The position numbers and the translations under genes were made by a program. This document shows positions 1 to 13,929 of a DNA stretch of 64,000 bases, one piece after another. Under the pieces are notes generated by a model that had not been told where the DNA came from, made no database searches, and saw only the letters and a program-made list of their open reading frames with translations. The stretch is from positions 10,416,001 to 10,480,000 of the forward strand of contig NC_135258.1 of the NCBI RefSeq assembly GCF_964204865.1, read 5' to 3'. Numbering within the stretch: position 1 is the stretch's first letter; every line of letters starts with the position of its first letter. This stretch comes from Styela clava (Eukaryota).

Positions 1-209
1 CCAGTGTTTACGTAACTACCTACCCGTCGACAACAATGAGATCAGCAATACTCTCGCGCAAACGTATTCTCCTTGAGATACGACCCTATGTAATCAGCGT
101 TATTATGGGCGCGTACGGACGGTCATTTCTCATGATAACCCCGTGAAATTGACTAAAACTTGTGAAATTGAAGATCAGAAGATGAATAACACATAAAAAA
201 AAAACTCAC

Positions 210-782
210 AATGAACTGAGTTAAAAACAGCAAAATTCCACAAAACAAAAAACACATATATTTTATGCTTCTTTGCTTCATCCAAATATTCTTTCATCTC
301 ACTATCTATGTGATTGTTATTGGAATCCGCGGCAGTTACAAATCCAGTTGTTGTGAATTGAGGAGTGCTCGAAGCATCCGTGTGAAGAAAGATACCTAAA
401 ATAGTGGTAACACCATATGTATGCAATGAAATAAAGACTAACGGAAATGCAAGAAAGATAAAAATCGCTGGCATATGTCGAATAAAAAACTATCATTATA
501 TCAGGATTTAGATTGCAATTCATTGTTGTCCCTATGAATAAAATTTAGCTTCCAGCAACAAATTAGCAAAATCGCGTCGAAGTGATGAAAATTGACATAT
601 ATATATATCAATATAACTTTTACATACGAATGGAATTTCCTCCAGCTTTATGTATATCTGAAAGCACAGATGTCAATCGAGATTTCGCCTTCTTGAAATT
701 TTTATTTCCGAAATCTTTTCCATAATTTTCCCAAGCTTGATTCACTCCACTCAAAAATATTGTTTTCCCGTCAGCACAAATT
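210..782 (-). CDS. GH5 endo-1,4-beta-mannanase, two N-terminal catalytic-domain exons; gene continues off the left edge
   Basis: Exons 782-628 and 395-210 splice in frame (GT/AG) to give ...IFLSGVNQAWENYGKDFGN...GGNSIR|IFLHTDASSTPQF...YLDEAKKHKIYVFFVLWN, the typical N-terminus of animal GH5_10 mannanases. The start/signal exon is unresolved. Confidence 0.85.
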
Positions 783-2641
783 CTAGGAAATAAAACAGAA
801 ATCATGGAGCTATTTTATATTTGAGCTATTGATATTTATATCTTGTGGAGTCCGATGGTATTTTGCAGGTTGTTGCTAAAATAGCACTCGACCAAGAAGA
901 ATTTATAAAATAAAAGCCCAAAGACAACAACACTAGAAGTTCTTATGTGTATTTAATTTGAACGTTATGCGAGAGAGAGAGAAAGTTCGTTTGTTTTGTC
1001 CAACAGAAAACCTATTCATAACAAAAACACAATTAATAGAAAGCAAAATAGTTCTCGATACAGACTGGGTGGCAACGATCCGACCATGCGGGCATCGGAG
1101 TTAGTTACCACCCAATATTAATAAACATGAATAAAAATGCTTCAGATATGTTTTAACAAATTTTAGGTGTGTCCAAAAACAACATTAAATTTCCATGGAA
1201 AGAAAAACAAACAAACAAATTAGTTACATATACGCAATGGGCAATCACACATATATAAGTGTTGAAAGCAAAATAACATGCGAGACAAATTACACACTTG
1301 ATCAATGTCAACTGAATTTGACATGAATATCTCATGCATTTTTTGGTAAAAGAAGAATCGATTGTGTGGAATCGGCTACTACAAGATGAGGAGTACATAA
1401 CAACATGATTGCCCGGCTGTCAGATGAATAGGCTTATTTGAATAAACGATTATTAATGACCTTATCTCCAAAAATAAATTTTCATATTTCATCTACGCGC
1501 ATACTCATGTGTTATGTTTATATAATTCCTGCCCGAAGAGACAGCGTAGTTCAAGATATGTACAGATATAATATTTTATTGCAGTCGATGATCTAAACTC
1601 ATGAAAATGGGCTTCATCTCATTTTAGACATTTGGAAATGCAATGCCTGAAATCTTGCTTATAGTCAGATTGAAATTTCAAAACTTCCAGGCAAAAATGA
1701 AACTACTTACTTTGATTTGCACATTGTCAGCGAGGTTGAACACCTAACAGATAAAACAAAGAGTACTATCCACCGAAAACAGCCGCACGCCATTCCTTTT
1801 ATGAAACGAACTTGTTTGCAAACAAAATGCTAATACCATGGATTGCTTAACTAATTCCAGAAGTAGCTGCATTAATATTGATCGCCTCGGGTGATCTAAC
1901 ATAGTGAAAAACACTTGAAAAATGACAAAAATCCAGTCAAAATTAGTATTGGTAATATTTCCTTTTTATTTTATTTTTATAAATTGCATTGGCCATGAAG
2001 AGAGAGATTTATTTCCCCAACACAATGTTACATGAAAACAAAAGACATTATCTCAGATTCTTATAGTAATACAATGCAGTGAATAATTTGAACATTGAAT
2101 TGTGTTGGTCAGTATGCAATACGTCCAAGGCTCCTGATCATTTTGTGTACACTGTAATCAAGGTTTCATAATGGATTGTGAAAATATTAAATTATGAAAA
2201 GAAAATATAAAGACAGAAAATGAGTCAGCAAATACTTTAATACTTTTCTGATAATTTAATTTGTTTGATATCATTCGTCGAAAAATCCATGGGTAATTTT
2301 AAACCAGTAAGGATCATTCAAGTTTCCTCCAAGCAACTGCATTAATTTTTAGCTACCGTATTCAAGTTACTGGTTGCCGTACTACGTCAGCGCACCGAAT
2401 TAGCTGTCAATTTTTGCTCAGACGCACTGCGTTTTTCGAGATTTGTTAATGTCACTGTATTTCAGTTTACACATTCTTACAGATCTAACGCAAGTTAAAA
2501 CACATTGCATCGCTGCATTGATGTGAATGGGGCTTAGCAATTACTCTGAAACACTGAAACTAAAAATGAATGCTGTCGCACCACAGCAAACTTTCTACGT
2601 TCAGACGTTCATGCTCGAGTGAGCCTACAATGTAAACATCA

Positions 2642-2655
2642 GATGCCGTAGCAAC
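2642..2655 (+). promoter_or_regulatory. Candidate RFX X-box upstream of the LRR gene
   Basis: GATGCCGTAGCAAC resembles the X-box GTTGCCATGGCAAC and lies ~660 bp upstream of the LRR gene ATG. Confidence 0.35.
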
Positions 2656-3312
2656 GTGAAGCCGTTGCACAATGCAGACATGTTTATCTTTCTGCCGTCT
2701 TCGTCAATCTCTGATCGATGATTGTGTACCGTATCCTATGGGTCTTTGCGGTAGTTTGTAATACTGATTAGGTTCTTTGGAAACATAGACTAGACCTGGG
2801 ATATATTTCTTTTTAGGCACGTTTTGTCATTTGAGGAGGGCGGAACACTCTGTCACTACTGCACTACTGTCAGTCAGTCTGTTCAATGAGGGCAGAATGT
2901 TGCAATGCTCATGATTTACTTGAGGTCTTTTTACTGTTTTAATATTTTTGTTCAAAATAATGCTGTATGACCATTTACCAATCTAGTTATTCGAAAATTT
3001 GTAGAATTCGCAGCTGTAATAGAATTAGCTTCCGCCATACAAAAACTGTAGCGTTACGGTACGTACCGTAGCCTATAATGGTATTACAAATTGAGTAACC
3101 TGTCAGCTACAAATATTTCTTGATTCACATAAGTAACCCACTATTGTATTGGATACACGAAACAAACTAAAACATCAAAATTCACCAAACAAAAAGTAGA
3201 CGAGTCTATTTATTATTCAATTTTGATTAAAAAAAAACTTGCTTTCATTTGAATTGTTGTTGAATTGAAGATTTTCTAATCATATCTGATATTAGATTGT
3301 TAAACTTGCAAG

Positions 3313-6300
3313 ATGAAAGAAGTAGAGGAAATATCACAGGCAGAAAAAGCGCAACTTAAAAAAGAAGAAGAAATTTTAAAAATTATTCGAAATCATAATG
3401 CTTCAAATTCATTTCTGGACCTTGCAGCACGCTCAATGATGTTTGTCCCGGAGGAATTGTATATGCTTCCCAACATACAGGTAGGTGTGCAAGTCGGAAA
3501 GTTCTAATAATTTACCGTAGGTCTCTTCTCAAAGTTTTATCATGAGGTGTCTCATACAGTTTCGGAGGTTAGTAAACATATAAGATGCCATTGTCGATTC
3601 TTACGTCTCCTTACTGCAGTACTGCCTTATACTGTTTTATGCAGATTTCGTATAAAGTAAAAAATCCTGCGTGTGATTTTGTACATTGAAAATTAATCAC
3701 ACTGCCAGATTAGTGTGCACTATGTATTTCTGCTCTTAATTATAAATTCAGGTTGAAAAACAAATGATGTTTTGTTCAAAAATCAAATTATGTACGTGAC
3801 ATATTGTTTTCATATGACTTAATCCTTATGCATTTGTGGAGGTATGTGTGAATAAGCAAAGATGTCGTAGCAAGAACACAGTAAAATATTAAATGTATAA
3901 TTCAGTTACCTTACTTCCTCGTTGAGGAATTCTGACATTGGACTTTTGGTTTCTCCAATTTTTTATAATAAACCGTTTTGTTCTTTTACAGCAACTTTAT
4001 TTGGAAAGTAATCTGCTAGAAGAACTACCAGATGACTTCTTTGAAAGTTTACCTAGATTAACATGGCTCGATTTACGAGATAATAAACTGGCAGATTTAC
4101 CATCAAGTATTGGAAACCATCGGTGAGGAAATTTTGCATCTTTTTACTTTTCTGCAAAATCATTGTGATATCAAATCTTGTGATGATATTTGTAATCTTT
4201 AATTGTAGAAATTGGTGAGAGGAACTTTGAAAAAGATCAGGTTACAGACTCCAAATCTCAATGGAAACCATGCTGCCTACCTATAAATTCTATTGAGCAG
4301 GGCATTCGGAATGTTCAGTATCATATAAATTTTTATCTATAGAATTGAGTTAATGTCCCTATAAATTTTTATTTTTAGGAACCTTAAAAACGTTCTGCTT
4401 GAAAGAAATCAAATTACACATCTACCACTTGAACTTGGAAATGTACAAACGATCACAGGTAATTATTTTTAATGTATTTGCTTCTATACTAGGGTAGGGT
4501 ATGCATAGTCATTCATCACTAATTTGGTAAGGGTATTAATAAGGTCAATCCAAGTTTCATTTTGAGTAGCGAGTCTCAATTGTTTATAATGCTCAAAAGT
4601 GGACTGGAAACCCCGAACGAATCCTACAATTCATTAGAGAATTCATATCCCTATAATTTAAGACTGTTGAATTCTGTCTTCTAATTAATTTGCCTGGAGG
4701 CGACCCATCCCCTCATGAAATTTTTGATAGAATGGCTCAATTTTATAAAAAAAACTTTGATGAAATCTTGCGGCCGAAGGATATTAAAAGTAATAAAGTA
4801 GTAAAAAAAGCAATAGCCTTTTACGCTATGTTATAAACAGTACTTGAAATAGATTTTACCCCTTTTTCGTACATCCTACTTTCGTATTCCAAATATTCAA
4901 GTTATTAATCATCTTATTTTTAGGTCTTTCTCTTTGTGGAAATCCTCTGATATTGCCTCCACCTGAAATTGTAGAACAAGGTGTACAAGTTATATTGTCC
5001 TTTCTGCTTGAGGAATTGAATAATGTTGGAAATATGGAGGGTAAAGTGAATCATAATTTTACGATTTTTTTATGACTTTGAATCTGAACCAAAGGTTTCC
5101 AGTATTTGATTTCTTTAGTTATCATTTAATAATTGCATTTTTCTTTATATCAGAATTACCGACTAAATTAGCTTTTGCTAAAATATCTCCTATATAGATC
5201 ATCATATTGTCTTGTGGTGGTAACTTTTTAGTGCATTTTACAAAGCTAACGTCCTTTTTTACCAAACATAACCAGAGTTATAATTTTGCAAGTCTTGGTT
5301 CGAAAGCATATTTCTAGTAGCACATTTCTAGTACCAAAATTCAGCATTATGTTCAATACAGATATGGATGAAGAAAATGAATGGGATTATGAAAATGATA
5401 ATGATTACTATCCAGAAGATGGCAATGAAAAGATTAATATTAATTCGCCATACATGGAAGAAAAACGAAGAGAGGTAATTGGGTATAACTAAAAATTTAA
5501 GAATGACACTCAGACTCTCAGTTCTCAGTACAGTATTTTTGTGAAGAATTTAGATATGACGCTTTGAAGTGCAAGAAATTGCTATAGGTTATTCGTATAG
5601 CATTTTGTTTTGAAGACAATTTCCTACACAACATCAAAACAGCTTCAAATAATGGTACAGTTGCTCAAATTGCTTCTTTCTATTGTTATGTAACGATGTT
5701 GGTCATTGTATCAATACAAATCCTTTATCAGAAGTAACTTGATCAACTGTTGTGGTAATTAGTGATGGTTCGAATTAAAGAATTGTTTCTGTAGTATCAG
5801 CACTCCGGCATAATAGTCTTTTGTAGTGATATAATGTTTACTATGTGTCTGTTATTGTGTTGATATATACACAATAGACAAATTTAAATTTTATAGTATA
5901 CACCAGGGCTGTGTAACCTGCGGCCTACCGGCCAAATGCGGTCCACAAGGAAAAAATGTGTGGCCCATGGAAAAGTGCCAATTTTGAATGATATGTGGCT
6001 TGCAAGACGAGTTTTTGATTAGGTTTGGTTTGCGTTGCAAAGCCTATACCTATTTTTGTGCCTGCAACTATTAGAAAGCCTATGTTAAATGAAGTTGCGG
6101 CCCACAGTTTCACTCGGTTATTTGTATCTGGCCCTTCTGTATTAAAGGTTGCACATCCCTGTTATTCACCATAATTACAAAAAATGCATACTTGATATTT
6201 AACTCTTATTCGAAACAGAAAATATTTCCCTTGATATCAATCAACACTACTCTACATCAGTTAATTCACTTCTTTTATGTCAAGTGGATCAAGATCCACT

Positions 6301-9300
6301 TGAAACACTTTGCCAAAGTCAAGTACTAACATATTATACTTTGTGTATTCAGCATGAAGCGATGCTTCAAGGTCCGACACTAGTACCAGCAATGTTTCAT
6401 CGACCAAATTCAAGGAACAAGCACACTCGAACTCCGTGGAGAGATAAGAGATTTGATAACTCATTGTAAGAATGAAATTTTATCCAGCCCTAAATATGTT
6501 CTGTGATAAATTCAATATTTATGCAACATTTTATTTGATTCTTTCTCTGGTTGAACAATTCTCTTTTAATCTGTTTTTGTTTCAAATACTAATTTCTGTT
6601 CTGTAAAATATAATTTCCTAACCCGTTGACAACGTCTAATAGAATCTTTGTTCTATATTCACAGGGGTGGCAGTGTTAGAGTGAACAACATCAGTCTTGT
6701 CAATGGTTCCAGCTCATCTCCAAAAACGGATAAAATGGAATATCAAAATAAACTAGCATTGTCCCAACAAAGAAAAAAGTGAGTCATTCATTATTTATAG
6801 AATTGCCAAAATTTTTTTAGAAATACAAATCTTCACCTTTTTTAATAATGTTCAGTTTTTATTGCCCAGAAAGTGGATCGATCCTCCATACCCGTGCATT
6901 CTTAGTGACAGGAATGTATTAACTTGTATATTAATATTATTCAGAAATAGCATGGTACTTGATGAATGGAGACAAGAAGCCAAAAAATTGCAAACTATAT
7001 TGCTACCAAGATCTAGAACGGGTATGTTTAGTTTCCTATTGTTTATTTTTTTGATTATGCATTGACAAATTTAGTAGAATATAGAGCGATTTCTACCACT
7101 TCACCGGTTACGGCTTCCTCCACTAACAACCTAACATAAAATAAATACCTACCGGTACCCGGTAGTTAATTATTTCCATACCTGACATGAAATGATTACT
7201 AGACGAGATGCCATGGTTCCCTGTATGATTAAGCAATCATATTGTTTTGTCAGCATATGGTTTCCCCTGATATAAATATGAAGACCTAACTTGATATCCT
7301 ATCCTACACATGTTCATGTGATTCGCGATAAGTTATTGCTTATCATAAAATAACAAAAACATATATTTCTTAAATAATATTGGAACATTACCACTAAAAA
7401 GCTTTCCAATGTGTACTTTAAATGGTGGTATTATTGATATCATATATCGTGTGATTAAAATGGTTCATTATAGTTAAATTTATATACGAGTGACTCTTGT
7501 TCTTCAGAAATCAGTCATGCTGTTCCACCTTATGGAATTGACACCCCTCCAATGGAAGCTAGACCTGTTACTGAGGAAGAACGAAGAATCCATTTTGATG
7601 CTGTAGAAGAAAAAGTTGACAGAGTTGAACCAAAAAATGCAAAACCAAAGTAAGAAGAGAAATTTCCATAAATATTATTTCTTTTAACAATTTCATAGTG
7701 AGTGAGGTCTGTGAAGTCGCAGACCGTAGGAAGGTGTAGTAATGAAGCATAATTCGAGCCGAATTATGTGTTTCGTCAATGAGTGAATAGAGTGGTTTTG
7801 TGAGTGAAGTTTTATCTTGACCTAACTATAAATAGTATTAGAAGAAGGAAGAAGGAAAAGCAGAGCAACACCTGAAAAAACAGAAAATGATAATTTATCC
7901 ATTATTAAGTTTTTATATCTATATCTGATCTAATGTGTAATTTGAGATTACATTTTCATACATTCTTATATTTTGATTTGAGCAAGATCAAGCAAAGTTT
8001 CCAAGCAAAAACTAATGAAAGAGATAGCTGAAAACGAAGTTGACAATGAAATAAAAATGATAACAAAGATGACGCATAATATACTCGAAATCAACAATTC
8101 CACTGAAAAGAAAAATGAGGAAACAAATAAATCAGAAGTGCAGTTAGGGCAGCAAGTTTTCACCAGCAAGAAAAATGTTTATGTGAAGCCATCCATCAAA
8201 CAAAATCAGTTCGTATTTTGGCTTACTATGATTTCATTGATTTATTGAGAAAAGTACAGTGGTTTGTCTAGTGCTTAGTGTACAGTTGATGTTGGGTTCA
8301 CAGACAGGAGATCTTAGGTTTTAGTTGTCACTTCATGCCTACCACCTTAGCCTGAGTGTTTACTATTGGGTAGCTTCTGTCACACGAAACTGTCATTCTC
8401 ATTTCATTAGATCTCTTCTTAGTGTTTTTAAAAGCAAAAGAAAACATTTGTATAGTTTTTGTCAGGTATGAGTATCATTGGGCATTTCCAGAATTTTAAA
8501 CATATATGTTAAATTTTACTCAGAACATGACAATAAACTTATCTGATCTGAAAGCTCTACTCTTAATCTGGCTGCTAGTTGGAGTGGAGACAACATTTAC
8601 ATTGGTCATTATCCTATATTGAGAAGGAAAGTAAAACATGAATGTTTCACTAGTTTGTCAAATAGATTTAGGTTAAATGTGACAAGTGGCATATGAAATA
8701 AGGGTACTCCTGAAGTATGCGCACCAAGATATCGCACAACCTGAACCCTAACCTGGTACACAACCTGAGTTCAGGTTGTGCGCCATCTTGGTGTGCATAC
8801 TCCAGGAAGTCCAAAATAAGTGCTCAAAAAACAAAATGTTGACAAAATTAAGTTTTTAATCATACTCATAGGGAGGAAATCTAGAGAAAAAAAACACAAT
8901 TTCAGTAAACAAGAACAAATTTTTCAGATAAAAGAATTGATTAATTTTTCCATGTTAGTGTCACATTTTATCATGTAACTCTTTTGATAATAATTTGTTA
9001 CACAAAGGGAACGAATGGACAGCGAAGTTCAGGCAAGAATACGACAACATACATCACAACTTCGAACCAGAAATCAAAAGAATGATAATATATTGAAACC
9101 GGTTAGTTTATGTGGCTGATGGTTTTTTGATGATCTTGATACTAATATGGTTTTTGCTTGATTTGGGTGCATTTGTAGCTGTTAATGATTTTATTGTTTC
9201 AATTATATTTGATGTATGTTTAGCTATAAAAATGTCTTCACACATCCAACTTGACCATATTTATGTAAAATGTAAGAATCCTACTCAAATATTCCAATAT

Positions 9301-10102
9301 CCTCCTCTATCTGAAACGGCTCATTCTAAAAACTGTTATTTACCGGTTTACAATTGTATGAGCCACTACAAGGAGTACAGCAATTTCCTCACTCATAATC
9401 CCATTTTTCCGGAAATCCAGGTTGAGTAATCAGTGATGTAATGACGACGGCATTGCTAGCACCCAATATTCCATGCAACGAGTTTAGTTTTAATGGAAGG
9501 TTACCCCACTTTTCAAGAAACAACTGTTTGTTTGGCGGTTTGTTGCGGCGTGAAAAGCATTAGGAATACGCTCGCCATCACATATCTGGTTACCCTGTGT
9601 GGGATCCGCAGGTTCCAATTGTATGCAAGGGTATTGCTGGACTCCTCGCTGTCGTAAGGTAATTCACGTTACCACTGTTCGATTACGGCTTCCTCCACCA
9701 TCAAGTTCATGTATCTGGCCCTATAATCCCATACCGACATGGACTGGTAACCAGACGAGAGATGTCATATGATTAAGCCACTCATCAGAGTTCATGTATC
9801 TGGCCCTATAATCCCATACCGACATGGACTGGTAACCAGACGAGAGGTGTCATATGATTAAGCCACTCATCGGTTTTCCTCTCTTCGGGGTAAATATGTA
9901 AATCCTATCCAATTCCGAGACTATAAATTATAAACAATTCATAATTCAGATTATATATTTATCCTGTACCCAGGGCCGAGAACTACAACGGGAACTCTTA
10001 GAGGAAAAGATGTCTCGCGATCAGCAATTAGAATATAGATTCCGTGCTTTCACTGGCGACTCTTCCTCATTTTCAAGTTCAAAGAAAACTTCATCTTTAT
10101 AG
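3313..10102 (+). CDS. LRRC27: Leucine-rich repeat protein, LRRC27-like
   Basis: Phase-consistent exons 3313-3480, 3992-4122, 4379-4458, 4924-5040, 5362-5474, 6353-6465, 6665-6778, 6945-7021, 7508-7649, (possible ~7987-8209), 9008-9101, 9974-10102. Features: N-terminal LRRs (LQQLYLESNLL, LTWLDLRDNKL, LKNVLLERNQI), LRR cap GNPLILPPPEIVEQG, coiled tail ending LEYRFRAFTGD..., AATAAA at ~10140. Confidence 0.75.
5904..6161. mobile_element. hAT-type MITE in an LRR gene intron
   Basis: TIRs CAGGGCTGTGTAACCT / AGGTTGCACATCCCTG; degenerate 8-bp flanks GTATACAC / TTATTCAC. Confidence 0.7.
7090..7305 (+). repeat. Degraded copy of the SINE-like repeat at 9.5-9.9 kb
   Basis: Shares TACCACT..CG.TTACGGCTTCCTCCAC, CCATACC.GACATG, AGACGAGA, ATGATTAAGC and the ATCCTATCC tail with 9520-9910. 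Confidence 0.55.
8703..8812. mobile_element. ~110-bp palindromic MITE (GG...CC ends, 8-bp TSD), copy 1
   Basis: GGTACTCC...GGAAGTCC; flanks GAAATAAG / AAAATAAG; internal inverted repeat. Confidence 0.75.
9520..9910 (+). mobile_element. SINE-like interspersed repeat with an internal 85-bp tandem duplication
   Basis: Related fragments at ~7090-7305, ~18820 (reverse) and ~26452; direct repeat 9704-9786 / 9789-9871. Confidence 0.5.
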
Positions 10103-10205
10103 GATTTAAATGGAAATAAGCAATTTATTAACTACTATCAATAAATCGATTTGCACATTGAGATTACATGTAAACGTTTTGCTTGTAGTTTCTAGTAGTT
10201 TTTTG

Positions 10206-10316
10206 GGAGCTCCGGAAGTATGTGTACCAAGATGGCGCACAACCTGAACATAGTATATGTACCAGGGTCATAGGGGTCAGGCTGCGCCATTTTATTGCAC
10301 ATAAATCAGGAGCGCC
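10206..10316. mobile_element. ~110-bp palindromic MITE, copy 2
   Basis: GGAGCTCC...GGAGCGCC; flanks GTTTTTTG / GTTTTATG. Confidence 0.75.
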
Positions 10317-10952
10317 GTTTTATGTTTGTTGTATGCGGTAATGATCCAATCCTTCTTGTTCAATGAATATAAGAAATATATTAGGATTTTAGTTTGTAAT
10401 GCTTCCTTCACTGTATCTGTTCGTTTACCTGTTTAAGATCGCTTTCTACTGTTTAAGTTGCTTGCCCATTTATTCATAATAAATGATAGATTTATTTTTG
10501 CAAAACTGTGTTTGTATTCTGATCAGGGCTGTGTACTCGAAAAAGTTCACAAACGACTCGCGACTACATCTTGAGAAAAATTTAGACTCCGGACTTTGCG
10601 TTTCAAAAGATTAAGACAATCAATCATTTCTTTTAACTCATAGAAAAACCTAACTTTGGCAACAAGACCTGTGACTATACAGACCTTCTTTAACAAACTG
10701 TTAGGAACGCAGTAGATTCAATGTTTTTTGGGTTTCTGTAGGAAATTTTGACTTTTATTATCACCATTGACGCACCAAAATTTTTGTGGGTAGCCTAAGT
10801 GAATATCATTTCCTCGGACTTTCGAAATATTTAATTGGGCGTCGACATCCTTACTGCGGAAAAATAATAATATGCATTTTTTACGTTTGAATTGCAAAAA
10901 TACCCGGAATAAATAGCGGGGGTTCCATGTCCTGAAAATAAACGCACAACGC

Positions 10953-12853
10953 TTCGCTGAGCGTTCACACACAATACGAAACTTATTTCATCAATACCTC
11001 ATTAGGAAAAAAGAGTCGTATGTCACGACGTGCCCCACTGGCCTGGGAAACACTGTATTGAAGATCATGTTTGGTAGTCATTTCACAGTTCGAAATGAGT
11101 GCACAAACAAGGCCATGTTTGGTCCTGATATGACCTAGTGATTGTTTTGCATGAACTTAATCAATTTTTTGAAATTCTGTAAAGTCGTTTAGTGATAATA
11201 AAATTCTTTCGGAAATTCGCAGTTTTGAAAAATGACACAATTCGACGTGTATGAAATCATATATATATATATGAATGATATAACGGAAGTGTGCTAATCA
11301 AATTGGGAGTTTGAATTTTAGAGGAAGTCTCCATGTTTGTTTCGCACCGAACGTGGCTCTACCCCAGCAGAAATAAATATATCTCTGATTTGGTATAGAC
11401 TTTTCACATTTTACATCCTGGGTTTAGTGGCGGGGATGGAATTTTAAATCAAAGATCCATATAGGCAATACGATAAGGCCGTCTTAATGAATTTCAATAC
11501 TTCATAGTTGGCGATTATGCGTCGATCACATCAAAATTTTGCTTGCTGATTTCAGAATTTCATCAAATCAGGAAACAGCGATGTGAAAATCCCTTTACCC
11601 AGATATCCCTCCATCTTCAATGTTAGACCACGTTCAAAATTCTCGATTTTTTTTTATTACGTTTTTAGTGCGGAACTACAAACGTAATAATTTGTTTTCG
11701 ATGCAGTTTTATTAAAATAGTCTAGTATTGTTGTAATACACACATACACTACTCAAAAAGTACCAAAGTGGGAGGTAGCACATATAGTCAGCTATTGATC
11801 TATTAAAGATTGAATAACAAATATATATATATATAGTTGGGGAGAAATTGAGGGATGCAAAATAGGCGAAGTGAGAAATCGTAAAAGGTTGGGAACAACT
11901 GCCTTATTCGATACCAAATTCTATATTTAAACTGTTGAGTCAAGACAGTACGATTCCTATTCCGTGAAGTAATAAACTCTGATGAGTTAACGTTTGATTG
12001 AACATGAGCTAGAATCATACACTCGCATATATATTGTCTTGTGTAAACGAGAAAAAGCCAAATTCTCAAAAGTTTTCGTGTCACGTCACCAATATGTTGC
12101 AAATAGGGCCTGTCATTTCCGAATAGCTGATGATGTCAAAATCAAAACGAATATCTTTTGAATCGAATCAATTGTAAAATACTTTAAAGATATGTAAATA
12201 TATATATATCAAGTTTTTTTTGCAATAGACACCCAAATTGATGAAAAAATAGAATCGATGACTTGGACTGTTCGCTGAGCGTTCACACACAATACGAAAC
12301 ATATTCCATCCATAACTCATTAGGAAAAAAAGTCGTAGGTCAAGAGGGGTCCACCGGTCTTGGAAACACTGGATCAATGATCGTGTTTTAACAATCATTT
12401 CAAAGCGTCCGAAATCAGTGCACAACCGAGGCCATGTTCGGTCCTGATATGACCTAGTGATTGTTCTCTATGAACTTTGTTCAATCTTTTTGAATTTTTG
12501 TAAAGTCGTTTAGTAATCATAAATGTCTTTCGGAAATTCGCAGTTTTGAAAAATGATGCAATACGACGTGCACGCTTTCATACGTGAACAATATAACGGA
12601 AGTGTGCGTAGAAACTAGGGATTTAAAATTTTAGAGGAAGCCCTCATGACTGTTTGTTTCATAAGTACTATCAAAATGTAAAATTTCAACCATACAAACA
12701 CTCGATGCACTTTTTATAAAACGTTCTGGATATCTGCACTGAAAGTGCCTCTATGCAAGCATAAATCAATATATATATATCTGATATTATATAAACTTCT
12801 CACATTTTTACAACCCGGGTTCCGCGGCAAGGATGGAATCTTAAACCAAGGAT
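10953..12853. repeat. Diverged direct duplication (10953-11343 vs 12271-12660; 11403-11456 vs 12799-12853)
   Basis: Both copies start TTCGCTGAGCGTTCACACACAATACGAAAC and stay colinear for ~390 bp. Confidence 0.85.
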
Positions 12854-13929
12854 ATGTATACCCACTGAATATACATGAATATATATATTAGAAACTTTCA
12901 AAACGACAAATAAAACTCTAGTGCTAGTCATACAACCCGACCCGCCAAGCCATTTAGTATGTCCCATGTCAACAATTAGATTTTTCCCCATCAATCATAA
13001 ATTCGAAGCGACAGTTTATGTTTGAAAAGGCGCTCACATGGGGAAAACAGGTTGTTTTTTGCTCTTGTGACTGCGTTAAATCTCCCGCCGTTTGCCTGGT
13101 GCCTTTATTACTGTAAGGCTAAGCAATAGCCGCATTCGCTTCTATTGCCTTTCCTTCGTGGAAATCCTCTCTGGGGTGAATTTATACGAGAATACCGGTC
13201 TATGTCGCTATGTCCCATCTTGCTAAGGTTTACAGAGGATCGTGTTAATGGACTTACAGGGTGTTCATGAGGTCTCGTTGCAATTTGTCATGAAGTCATT
13301 TCTTTTATGTGTTAACCAGGTTTACTTATTTTAATCCGTGTTAATTTATGTTTTTAAGACTTGAACACCCTTACCAAATTAAAACGTATACATGCTATGT
13401 GCTAAACTTCGTCGGTGTTATTGTTACACCTGCGCATTTCGTAACGAGGGAAGGGCGATTTAGTTAGAAAATTAAATATACCGTACAGTTTTTCCATCTC
13501 GATTTTAATTTTCCTGTAGGCCTACATTGCTTCAATTTCTCATAATATATTACAATGGGCTAGCTGTTACAAATTGTCGAAACTATTCAGGGTAGCGAGA
13601 ATACTCTACATATTGTGCCAAACCTATATTATAATTTCCCTGATACATAGTACGTGCGGAATTGAAGCACCAATCAACGTGCTGTTTTATGAGGATAGAA
13701 AGAGAGATGCGCCTACTAAATTCACCCTATTAGTGACGGAAAGCATTTTTTCATTTTTTTTTTCTAAAAAAAAAGAGAAACATAATTCTCTTCTCTTGCT
13801 ATGAGCTGTGAGTAAGCTCGCGTAGAATATGATGCGTTGCAAATAGTGTTTTTTATCACTCTATTGCAAACCGTATAAGGATCTGCTTTCAAGCAAAGAA
13901 TGGTCGGCATAGTCTTCAAAGAATTCAAA

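Noticed and set aside
2395-2536. Harbinger-like terminus TGTGAATGGGGCTTA
   Set aside because: No matching left TIR or TSD could be found.
8524-8625. Additional LRR-gene exon
   Set aside because: Every frame compatible with the upstream phase hits a stop quickly.
12168-12425. ORF ending FRIVCE as a C-type lectin exon
   Set aside because: The frame is not conserved in the duplicate at 10953-11343 and other CTLD motifs are missing.
12950-13240. Minus-strand EDFHEGKAIEAN resembling a TIR-domain box
   Set aside because: The match is short, is followed by a stop, and no other TIR boxes are present.
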